A DNA stretch of 64,000 bases from Bacteroidales bacterium (GTDB taxonomy: Bacteria > Bacteroidota > Bacteroidia > Bacteroidales > VadinHA17), in contig JAGGXD010000012.1 in the NCBI GenBank assembly GCA_021163295.1, positions 65 to 64,064 on the forward strand. The letters run 5' to 3'. The stretch's first letter is position 1, and each line of letters opens with the position of its first letter. The translations under genes and the position numbers were made by a program. Shown one piece after another: positions 28,484 through 37,500 of the stretch. The notes under the pieces are model-generated. The model saw only the letters and a list, made by a program, of their open reading frames with translations, searched no databases and was not told the DNA's origin.

Positions 28484-28651
28484 TCAAATTTTTTGTTTTG
28501 TTTTCGGGCGTTCATATTTACAGCATCCCGGAAGATTGTCATAAACTTCATCTGTTGCTTTGTGCATATCAGTATCATGTTCAACCTTGGCAATAGCCAT
28601 ATGTACCTTATGAATGTTTGTTTTTGACTCATCATAAGTTAACTCAAGCAT
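28484..28651 (-). CDS. Unannotated small ORF (55 aa from the ATG; 76 aa if one A is added to an A5 run at the upstream ATG at 28713), His/Met/Cys-containing, last gene of the cop operon
   Basis: Manual translation gives MLELTYDESKTNIHKVHMAIAKVEHDTDMHKATDEVYDNLPGCCKYERPKTKQKI. The frame is open and protein-like upstream (EKAAKSVDSVTAAEWNKATK), and the ORF ends 4 nt before the terminator. Confidence 0.45.
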   Translation of the reverse strand: MLELTYDESKTNIHKVHMAIAKVEHDTDMHKATDEVYDNLPGCCKYERPKTKQKI

Positions 28652-28738
28652 TTTGGTTGCTTTATTCCATTCGGCAGCTGTTACGCTATCAACTGATTTT
28701 GCGGCTTTTTCATATGTTCAATTTTTGATTTGTTGTTA

Positions 28739-31201
28739 CTATTTCCTCAAGCGCAATGCATTGGTAATTACTGATACCGAACTAAAGCTCATGGCAGCAG
28801 CAGCAATTACCGGGCTTAATAACAGTCCGAAAAAAGGGAAAAGTATTCCTGCCGCTATCGGAACTCCTAATGCATTGTAAACAAAAGCAAAAAACAAGTT
28901 CTGCTTTATATTTCGCATTACTTGAGTGCTTAAATCCCTGGCCCTGACAATACCATCCAGGTCGCCTTTCACCAGGGTGATTTCAGCGCTTTGTATGGCA
29001 ATGTCGGTACCGGTACCCATGGCAATTCCGATATTTGCCTGAGCCAGGGCAGGTGCATCATTAATACCATCGCCGGCCATGGCAACTTTATGCCCTTGTT
29101 CCTGCAACTCTTTCACTTTTTTATATTTGTCGCCGGGCAGACAATCGGCATTAAAACCATCTAAATCCAACTCGTCTGCTACCGCTTTGGCTGTAAATTT
29201 ATTGTCACCGGTAAGCATGTGTACTTTTAATCCCATTTTTTGAAGTGTTTTGATGGCTTTGGCCGAAGTTTCTTTAATCTTATCCGATACACTCACAATC
29301 CCTTCAACCTGGTGATCAATGATTAAATACATTACCGTTTGTCCGTTAAGTTGCCACTCTTGAACCAGGTTTTTCTTGTTATCATCAAGGATTGCCTGAA
29401 AATCTTCGATCAGACGGTGGTTACCTAATCCGATTTTTCCACTTTTGTAAACAGCTTGTACTCCTTTTCCGGTTACTGATTCAAATTTGTCAAGTTTAAG
29501 AAGCTCCAGGTGGTTGGCTTTTGCGCCGGCAACAATGGCATCAGCAAGCGGATGTTCACTGTTTACATCGACAGAGGCGGCCAATAGCAGGATTTCCCGA
29601 TCGCTCAGTTTCCCAAAGGATTTAAAATTATTCAGGCTTGGTCTTCCTTCAGTAATGGTGCCTGTTTTATCAATAATGAGTGTATCAATTTTATTCATTT
29701 CCTCAATGGCACGGGCGTCTTTTACCAGCACACCTGATTGAGCTCCCTTCCCTGTTCCCACCATGATGGACATGGGAGTTGCCAGTCCCAATGCACAGGG
29801 ACAGGCAATAATTAGCACGGCAACGGCATTTACAAAAGCATAGACATAAGCCGGCTCAGGGCCCCAGATGGACCAAACGGCAAACGTAATGATTGCACAG
29901 GAAATCACAATCTGTACAAAGTATTTGGCAACTGTGTCTGCCAGTTTTTGGATAGGCGCCCGGGAACGACTAGCCTGGTTCACCATTTCAATGATTTGAG
30001 CTAACAGGGTATCGCTGCCCACTTTTTCAGCCTTCATCTCAAACGCTGTTTGACCATTGATTGTTCCTCCGGTAACCTTATCTCCCTCGGTTTTATCAGC
30101 TGGAATGGGTTCACCGGTAATCATGCTTTCGTCAATTACCGCATCACCCTTATAAATGATACCATCAACGGGAATTTTTTCTCCGGGCTTTACTTTTAGA
30201 AGATCACCAACTTTTACTTCTTCTAAAGGAATTTCTTCTTCCACGCCGTTGCGGATAACCCGGGCAACGGGTGGAACTAGCCCCAATAAGGCTTTGATAG
30301 CCGAATTGGTTTTGCTGTGGGCGCGTAATTCCAATACTTGCCCCAAAAGTACCAGTGTTAATATTACTGCTGCAGCTTCAAAATACAGGTGAACATTTCC
30401 TTGTTCATCTTTGAACTGGGCAGGAAAACTATCTGGTAGCAGTAAAGCAAACACGCTAAACAGGTATGCCGCTCCTACACCAATTGATATTAGTGTCCAC
30501 ATATTTGGAGACCAACGGCGGATGGAAGCCCATCCCCGTTTAAAAAAATCCCAGCTTGAATAAAAGACAACAGGGGTTGCAAGAACAAACTGAACCCAGC
30601 CCCAGACGTTTTTAGATGCAATAGATTCGAGATGCAGAAAACTTAGAAACTCAGACATGGCTATTAAGAAAACCGGAATACTCAATGCTAAGGCAATCCA
30701 GAATTTTTTAGCCATTTTTTTATAAGCTTTCTCTTCCTCACTGGTATCTTCTCCCTTTTCCGGAACCAGATCCATTCCACATTTAGGACAGCTCCCGGTT
30801 TTTTTTTGCTTAATTTCAGGATGCATGGGACAGGTGTACGTTACCGTAGAAGTTTTATTGGTTTCCACTTTGTTCAGGTGCATCCCACAAACCGGGCAAT
30901 CACCCGGGGCATCGTAGGTCTTATCACCTTCGCATTGCATGGGGCAGTAATATTTTCCATCTACTTCAGAATCATTTGTTTTTACATGTACTCCATGGTG
31001 GTTGGGTTGGTGTTTTTGCCCATTTTCATTTTTATGGTGATGATGTTCAATACCTGGGTCTTCCACCGGTTTAAGGTGCATCCCGCAAACCGGGCAATCA
31101 CCCTGAGCATCGTAGGTTTTATCACCTTCGCAGCGCATGGGGCATGCGAATTTTTCGTTTTGTTTTTTACTTATATAATTCTGCATAACTTCATTTTTCA
31201 A
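28739..31201 (-). CDS. copA: Copper-translocating P1B-type ATPase
   Basis: 820 aa with CPC (IIACPCALGLATP), DKTGT, SEHPLA, TGDN and GDGINDAP. The N-terminus has three CxxC...CPxCGM modules and a His-rich stretch. The track uses the TTG at 31201; an ATG at 31186 is also possible. Confidence 0.95.
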   Translation of the reverse strand: MKNEVMQNYISKKQNEKFACPMRCEGDKTYDAQGDCPVCGMHLKPVEDPGIEHHHHKNENGQKHQPNHHGVHVKTNDSEVDGKYYCPMQCEGDKTYDAPGDCPVCGMHLNKVETNKTSTVTYTCPMHPEIKQKKTGSCPKCGMDLVPEKGEDTSEEEKAYKKMAKKFWIALALSIPVFLIAMSEFLSFLHLESIASKNVWGWVQFVLATPVVFYSSWDFFKRGWASIRRWSPNMWTLISIGVGAAYLFSVFALLLPDSFPAQFKDEQGNVHLYFEAAAVILTLVLLGQVLELRAHSKTNSAIKALLGLVPPVARVIRNGVEEEIPLEEVKVGDLLKVKPGEKIPVDGIIYKGDAVIDESMITGEPIPADKTEGDKVTGGTINGQTAFEMKAEKVGSDTLLAQIIEMVNQASRSRAPIQKLADTVAKYFVQIVISCAIITFAVWSIWGPEPAYVYAFVNAVAVLIIACPCALGLATPMSIMVGTGKGAQSGVLVKDARAIEEMNKIDTLIIDKTGTITEGRPSLNNFKSFGKLSDREILLLAASVDVNSEHPLADAIVAGAKANHLELLKLDKFESVTGKGVQAVYKSGKIGLGNHRLIEDFQAILDDNKKNLVQEWQLNGQTVMYLIIDHQVEGIVSVSDKIKETSAKAIKTLQKMGLKVHMLTGDNKFTAKAVADELDLDGFNADCLPGDKYKKVKELQEQGHKVAMAGDGINDAPALAQANIGIAMGTGTDIAIQSAEITLVKGDLDGIVRARDLSTQVMRNIKQNLFFAFVYNALGVPIAAGILFPFFGLLLSPVIAAAAMSFSSVSVITNALRLRK

Positions 31202-31340
31202 TGTTTATGTTCTTTTTTATTATCATTCCTTTTTGTTTCATTTTTTGCATCATCTCGGGATTTTCTTTCATCATCCCCATCATATTACTGTTTTCTTCCA
31301 TCATCATCATGGCATGTTCGTTACCTTTCATATTTTTCAT
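31191..31340 (-). CDS. Unannotated Met-rich mini-protein (49 aa, 14 Met) between the cusB-like gene and copA
   Basis: Manual translation gives MKNMKGNEHAMMMMEENSNMMGMMKENPEMMQKMKQKGMIIKKNINIEK. It starts 16 nt after the cusB-like stop, and its stop lies 4 nt before the copA ATG at 31186. Confidence 0.55.
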   Translation of the reverse strand: MKNMKGNEHAMMMMEENSNMMGMMKENPEMMQKMKQKGMIIKKNINIEK

Positions 31341-31356
31341 GATTATCTTTTTATTA

Positions 31357-33186
31357 TTACTTTATCGTTTGTTTTATCTCTCCACAAGTCAGCATTGTAT
31401 TGCCGAAATATGGGTTTCTAATTTTTTTTGAATCGCTGATCCAGTATGCACCTTTGTTATTAAAAGCCATGGGACAAAAATCAAGATATAAGGCACTTGT
31501 TTCAGTACTACGCACACCGAATTGATTAATAGCTTCCGACAGTTTATCCGAAACAATACTAAAATGCGAGCGTTTCATTTCTATTCCTTTCATCTGAATA
31601 ATACCATTCAGATTATCCTTGATAGGCTTTTGCAATTTCATCCATTGGTTATGTGCATCACCTTTAAGCAGTGTCATGTCAACTTTATTCAAGGCCTCAA
31701 GTGTTTTTTTAGCAACTGCTTCAACATCCTGTTCATTTGAGTCAACAAATGCATCTTTAAGTAAAAGGTACTGGCTCACCACTTCGTTAAGCTGCTTTTT
31801 AAACTTATCAGGCACCTCCATGGATTCCATATCGTGGCCCGGTTGATCAGCCTTCTTCTCCATCTCCTCCTCACTTCCTTCGCCCATATCCATACCGGCA
31901 TGATTATGACCGGTTGACACTTTTCCACCCTCTGGATTCATCATGCTTGGTTTGCCGGCAAGCTGGGCAGCAGCATCAATCTTAAATACTCCATTCATGG
32001 CTATTTCTTCGCCTTCACTCAGTTCGGAATTCACAACATAGAAATTCCCTGCTTCCGGTCCTAACACAATTTCACGGTACAGGAATGAGGGTTGGGCCCT
32101 GTCCGGAACTTTAACATACACCACGGCTCTTTTTCCCGTCCACAGAACGGATGATTTCGGGATAAGTAAATCATTTGACTGTTCGATCTCCGATTTCAAA
32201 ATACCATTTACAAACATCTCAGGTTTCAGAAGGAGTTGTGTGTTATTTAATTCCAATCTGACTTTTGCCACACGGGTCTTGGCATTGATAAAAGGGTCGA
32301 TAAAGGTAATTTTACCATTGAATTTTTTTCCGGGCAATGATTGAATTGTAAAATCAATTTTATTCCCTATCCTGATCCATGGAAGGTCACTTTCATAAGC
32401 ATCAAACATTACCCATAACCGGGTCAGGTTTATCACTTCAAATAACGGATTTCCTTCTTTAACATAATCACCCAGCGAAACATGACGCATGGTTACAGTT
32501 CCTGAAATTGGTGACAAAATCTCGAAATAATGCTGAGTGACACCACTGTTCTCAAGGTCATCGATCTGCTTTTCGTTTAGATCCCATAATTTCAGTTTTG
32601 TTCTTGTTGCTTTATAGAATCCGGGATTGGTTTCCTTATATTTAGCAGCCTCAAGTAATTCTTTCTGGGCTGCAATCAATTCCGGGGAATAGATGGCGGC
32701 AAGCTTCTGTCCCTTCTTTACATTTTGCCCGGTAAAGTTCACGAACAACTTCTCTATACGTCCTCCGAATCTGGCTGTAAGTTCAGATATATTTCTTTCA
32801 TCGGGTCTTACTTTTCCCAGAAGGTAAACTGTTTTCTCAGGTTTCCCTTTTATAACAGTTGTTGTCTGGATGCTTGCAAGCTTTATTGCAGCTTCTGTCA
32901 TAGCAATCTCATCAGCAGAGACTTCCTCTTCTGTCCGCAGGTCGGTTACAGGAATAAGGTCCATCCCGCAGATGGGACACTGGCCTGGTTCATCCATTCT
33001 TATCTGTGGATGCATTGAACATGTCCATATGCTTTCCGCTGACTCACCTTCATGGCTGTGTTCTGCAATTTCTTTTCCGGAAGATATACCACCTGAATTA
33101 TGAAAAAACAGCCAACCGAGGAATAACCCTGCAATCAGGGTAATACCTGTTATTATTAATTCTCTTTTGTTAATTTTTGTTTTCAT
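31357..33186 (-). CDS. RND periplasmic adaptor (CusB-like) with an N-terminal CxxC...CPxCGM metal-binding module and a C-terminal helical DUF3347-like extension
   Basis: 609 aa with WTCSMHPQIRMDEPGQCPICGMDL, a lipoyl/beta-barrel MFP core, and a His/Met-rich linker (GHNHAGMDMGEGSEEEMEKK). Confidence 0.85.
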   Translation of the reverse strand: MKTKINKRELIITGITLIAGLFLGWLFFHNSGGISSGKEIAEHSHEGESAESIWTCSMHPQIRMDEPGQCPICGMDLIPVTDLRTEEEVSADEIAMTEAAIKLASIQTTTVIKGKPEKTVYLLGKVRPDERNISELTARFGGRIEKLFVNFTGQNVKKGQKLAAIYSPELIAAQKELLEAAKYKETNPGFYKATRTKLKLWDLNEKQIDDLENSGVTQHYFEILSPISGTVTMRHVSLGDYVKEGNPLFEVINLTRLWVMFDAYESDLPWIRIGNKIDFTIQSLPGKKFNGKITFIDPFINAKTRVAKVRLELNNTQLLLKPEMFVNGILKSEIEQSNDLLIPKSSVLWTGKRAVVYVKVPDRAQPSFLYREIVLGPEAGNFYVVNSELSEGEEIAMNGVFKIDAAAQLAGKPSMMNPEGGKVSTGHNHAGMDMGEGSEEEMEKKADQPGHDMESMEVPDKFKKQLNEVVSQYLLLKDAFVDSNEQDVEAVAKKTLEALNKVDMTLLKGDAHNQWMKLQKPIKDNLNGIIQMKGIEMKRSHFSIVSDKLSEAINQFGVRSTETSALYLDFCPMAFNNKGAYWISDSKKIRNPYFGNTMLTCGEIKQTIK

Positions 33187-33225
33187 GATATTATTACTCT
33201 TTTATTAAATACTTTTTACTACCCT

Positions 33226-33316
33226 CTCCCTGAGGAGGTGTTCCGATGGTAGTCGGAACGGTGGGAGTTCCACCAGACAATGCCAGGACTTAAAAGAGAA
33301 CTGGCAGGTCTTTTTT
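33226..33316 (-). other. GC-rich intercistronic element with four consecutive hairpins
   Basis: Stems are CTCC/GGAG (33226-37), GTTCCGA/TCGGAAC (33240-59), GGTGG/CCACC (33260-74) and TGCCAG/CTGGCA (33281-306). The plus strand then has a T6 run. Confidence 0.5.
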
Positions 33317-33319
33317 CCT

Positions 33320-34579
33320 TTATTTTCCGGTTAAATATTTTGAAAACGAAACGGCTGCATTTTGATCTGTTCTGGCTTTTTCCAACTCCAGTGCGTAAAG
33401 CAGCACTTTGCGTTCCATTCTCAAAATCTCTTCAAACCCGGTATTATCTGTAACATACTCCGTTTCAAGCAATTGCATTGCTCTAAGTGCAAGTGTAGTC
33501 TGCACCTGGTACAATTCCATCCTTCTGGCAGCATCATTGTAATCTTTATAAATATTTTCGAATAAAGATTCGAGTAAATTTATCCTGTCAGTCTTTTTAT
33601 CTTCAACTACTTGCTGAAGCAACACTGCTTCCTTTACCATTGAGTTATATTTTTTCCTGTACAGCGGAATAGAAATGCCGATCCTGGGGAATAGAATAGC
33701 ATCTTTCCCTGATTCTGAAAGGCTCAGTGAAGGATTACTACTTTCACCTGTAAAAATATAGTCGATGCCAATTGAGATATTCGGAAGTCCTGTTTTCCTG
33801 GCAGCTAACTCCTTACTTTTAAATGAACTCATTTCGAAATCGAGGCTTAATAACTGATGGTTATTTGACCGGATACTGTCCAACACGGCCTGCTTATCAG
33901 AAGGCAGATTATCACTCCACAGTGTATCAGGTAAGTGAATAACAGAGACCTCATCAATATTTAAAAGATTATTAAACACCACCGTTTTGGCAAAATACCG
34001 GTCACGTAAAAGAGCCAGCCTGTTCTCTATATCAGCAATTTCCATTTCAATCCTCAGTTCATCAACTGCCGATGCAAGGCCTGCTTCCACCTTTATCAGG
34101 GCAAGCCTTTTAAAAGTATTCAGGATATCAATATTTTCTCTTGTAATCCTTATTGCTTTATCAATAAAATATAATTCGAAGTAATTTATACTAACATCGT
34201 AGTATAATCTTGATTTAGCTTCCTCGAAAGTCTCATATTTTACTTTTGCTTTTTGAATAGCTACATCCTCGCTGGCTTTCAAGCGCCCGAACCAGGGAAA
34301 CATCTGACTTACCGATATTTTAGCTTTTTGTGGCCCCACTCTTGTCTCAACGGGATGAATAAAATATCCGAAGGCAAATTGCATATCAGGTAAGGTATTT
34401 ACCTGTGATGCTATCTCCAGTGTGGCCATATATTCATTAAATTTTGCCTTCAATCCCGGATTGTTTTCAGCGGCTGTCACAAGGTAATTGCTCAGGATAT
34501 CCTGCCCTTTTCCTTCTATGGTAATTAAAGAATAAGAAATAAGCAAGACCAGATAGATATATATTATATTCATTTTCAT
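33320..34579 (-). CDS. TolC-family outer-membrane efflux protein (CusC-like position)
   Basis: 419 aa with a signal peptide and duplicated coiled-coil/beta repeats typical of OEP proteins. Confidence 0.85.
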   Translation of the reverse strand: MKMNIIYIYLVLLISYSLITIEGKGQDILSNYLVTAAENNPGLKAKFNEYMATLEIASQVNTLPDMQFAFGYFIHPVETRVGPQKAKISVSQMFPWFGRLKASEDVAIQKAKVKYETFEEAKSRLYYDVSINYFELYFIDKAIRITRENIDILNTFKRLALIKVEAGLASAVDELRIEMEIADIENRLALLRDRYFAKTVVFNNLLNIDEVSVIHLPDTLWSDNLPSDKQAVLDSIRSNNHQLLSLDFEMSSFKSKELAARKTGLPNISIGIDYIFTGESSNPSLSLSESGKDAILFPRIGISIPLYRKKYNSMVKEAVLLQQVVEDKKTDRINLLESLFENIYKDYNDAARRMELYQVQTTLALRAMQLLETEYVTDNTGFEEILRMERKVLLYALELEKARTDQNAAVSFSKYLTGK

Positions 34580-34583
34580 ACTT

Positions 34584-37500
34584 TTATCTTCTTTTTTTTA
34601 TGTTTTTTATTTTTCGTTCCTGCCACAAACTGTAAAGCAACGGCACTACGAACATAGTAATTACCTGCAGGAGCATGCCACCGAATGACGGGATGGCCAT
34701 TGGGACCATAATGTCAGACCCTTTACCAACAGATGTCAGGACTGGTATCAACGCAATTATAGCTACTGAGGCGGTCATCATGGCCGGCCTTACCCTTTTA
34801 CTTCCTGCGTGTAACACTGACTCACGTATTTTTTCCACGGTTTTTGGTTTTTCCTTTTCAAATACCTGCATCAGATATGTTCCCATAATAACACCATCGT
34901 CGGTGGCAATGCCAAACAGTGCGATAAAACCAACCCAGACTGCCACACTAAGGTTTATGGGATGCATCTGGAAGAGATCTCGCATATTCACACCTGCAAT
35001 CGAAAAATTCATGAACCAACCCTGGCTATATAACCAGATCATTATAAACCCTCCTGCAAAAGCCACGAATATGCCTGTAAATACCATAGATGAAGTTGCA
35101 ACAGAACGGAACTGGAAATAAAGAATTAGAAAAATCACCATCAGGGAAATAGGAACCACAAGCAACAATCGTTTTGTTGCCCTGATCTGGTTCTCATAAT
35201 TTCCTGTAAATATGTATTTAACTCCGGCAGGAACAACAAACTCGCCGGATTCAATTTTCACTTCGAGATATTTTTGAGCATCCTCCACCACGTTAACTTC
35301 TGCCCGGTCTGCCACCTTATCAAAGATCACATATCCCACAAGGAAAGTATCTTCACTTTTAATCAACTGCGGGCCACGGGTGTATGTGAATTTTGCCAAC
35401 TCTCCAAGTGGAACCTGAACACCCGAGGGTGTAGGGATAAGAATAGTTTTCAGATCCTCAGGGTTATCTCTGTATTCCCGGGCATAACGTACTCTTACAG
35501 GGAAACGTTCACGTCCCTCCACGGTATTTGTAAGGGCCATTCCTCCGATGGCACTGCTCAGGAAAGTCTGTAAATCTTTGATGGTTAATCCATACCTGGA
35601 TATTGCTTTCCGGTTAATATCGATCTCCAGGTAAGGTTTTCCAACCACCCTGTCGGCAAATACCGATGCGGGTTTTATACCGGGGACTTCTTTAAGGAAC
35701 TTTTCAATGTCGAAACCAACCTTTTCAATGGTTCCGAGATCGGGTCCGTAAACCTTTATCCCCATTGGTGCACGCATACCAGTTTGTAACATGATCAGGC
35801 GAGTCTGAATAGGCTGTAATTTCGGTGCAGAGGTCAAACCTGGAATAGAGGATTTCTTTAAGATCTCTTTCCATATATCATCGGGCGATTTGATGTGTTC
35901 TCTCCATTGCCTGAAATATTTCCCCTTTTCGTCGTATATCAGGTTTTCATGATCGATCTCAAGAAAACCATCTTTTGCCGGATCATATTTGCTTCCGTCT
36001 TTAAGAATAAAAGCATCATTCTTATCCACCTTGAAACGCATTCTTCGCCCATATTCATCCAACATATATTCCGGCTTGTAATTTATAACATTCTCATACA
36101 TGGATATAGGTGCAGGGTCAAGTGCAGAATTCACCCTCCCCCATTTGCCTACTACGCTTTCAACCTCGGGAATGGAATTCACACGCAGATCGAGCATTTT
36201 GATTACTTCAAGGTTTTCTTCTATTCCGGAATGAGGCATGGTTGTGGGCATTAAAAGGAAGGAACCTTCATCCAGGGCCGGCATAAATTCTTTTCCCACC
36301 CCGGGAATTACTTTATTCATTGTCTGCCATCCTTTTGTTTCCCGCAGGTTCCAGCCCAGTTTCTCAAAACCATTCGGGATAAAACCAAATACTTTGTCAA
36401 AACCCTGCCAGGTAGTGACCCCGAAAAGGATCAGGATAACCGGCACTAAAAGAAATTTTACTTTGTTATCGAGTACCCATTTCAGAATAACCGGATAAAA
36501 ATGAACGATGGTCATTAGAAGGCCCAAAACAGTCCCTGTGATAGCGATAACAAAAATAAAGTTTGAAAGTGTGCTGTTCTGAGCGCCAAGTGGCATCCAT
36601 TCCACTGTAAGGAAGTAAACAATAACCAGGATTGTAACCCCAATATTTATTAAGTTCACAAAATACTTTTTATTCACCGGCCATCTATTTTTCAGTAAAT
36701 TATTTACACCAAAGGCAACCAGTGCAACAGCCGCCCATGAACCAAAGCCTATCGAAAAAATCAGCCCGGCCGCGATCAATGTTATATTCCATATCCGGCT
36801 CATTCTTTTCTTATCGAATCTTATTGAAAATAGAATATGTGAAAAAGCCGGGATGAAAACGATCCCTATAAGCAGGGATGATAGCAATGCAAATGTTTTG
36901 GTAAAGGCCAGTGGACGGAACAATTTTCCTTCGGTAGCCTGCATGGCAAAAACAGGCAGAAAACTTACTATGGTAGTTGCCAGGGCTGTCATGATAGCCG
37001 AAGCCACCTCTATTGTTGCCCGGTACACCACGTCAAGCAATTGCTTTCCCTTTATGTCTTTGTTTTCCGGCATATCGAGATGCCTCACTATATTTTCGGT
37101 AAATATAATACCTACATCTACCATAACTCCAATGGCAATGGCTATTCCTGACAGGGCTACAATATTGGCATCTACTCCAAACTGGCGCATGGTAATAAAA
37201 GTAATAAGCACACCCAGAGGCAACAGGCCTGAGATCAGTACGGAAGCCCTGAGGTTCAGAACCAGCATAATCACTACAATGATACTAATGAGTATCTCAT
37301 GGGTAAGGGCTGATTCAAGGGTACCCAATGTTTCTTTAATAAGGCCGGTGCGGTCGTAAAAAGGAACAATTGTAACTTTTGAAATGGTTCCGTCATCCAG
37401 CGTCTTTGACGGCAGACCGGTAGATACTTCTTTAATTTTTTCTTTTACATTATTTATAACCTTAAGCGGATTGGCACCGAAGCGGGCCACAACAACACCA

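Noticed and set aside
30806-31342. 178-aa plus-strand ORF across the copA 5' region
   Set aside because: It is antisense to a strongly supported P-type ATPase gene, has low-complexity hydrophobic or His-rich composition and no motif. This is a typical shadow ORF.
31233-31421. Plus-strand 62-aa His-rich ORF (MFHFLHHLGIFFHHPHHITVFFHHHHGMF...) that looks like a metal-binding peptide
   Set aside because: It is the antisense reading of the Met-codon run, because CAT is the complement of ATG. It runs against the direction of the whole operon and overlaps the cusB-like 3' end. The minus-strand Met-rich ORF fits exactly between the neighbouring stop and start. The plus-strand ORF is kept only as the alternative hypothesis.
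33226-33306. Possible tRNA or tRNA-like gene, because of the multiple GC-rich stems in about 80 nt
   Set aside because: The stem and loop sizes (7-bp stem with 6-nt loop; 5-bp stem with 5-nt loop) and their order do not fit a cloverleaf. There is no acceptor-stem pairing of the ends and no T-loop GTTCRANYC sequence.
34675-37359. Several 100-170-aa plus-strand ORFs (34675..35121, 35274..35573, 35895..36254, 36853..37359) within the cusA-like gene, and similar ones (41423..41872, 42729..43256) in the second RND operon
   Set aside because: All are antisense shadows of long, well-supported RND and MFP genes. None shows domain-like motifs.
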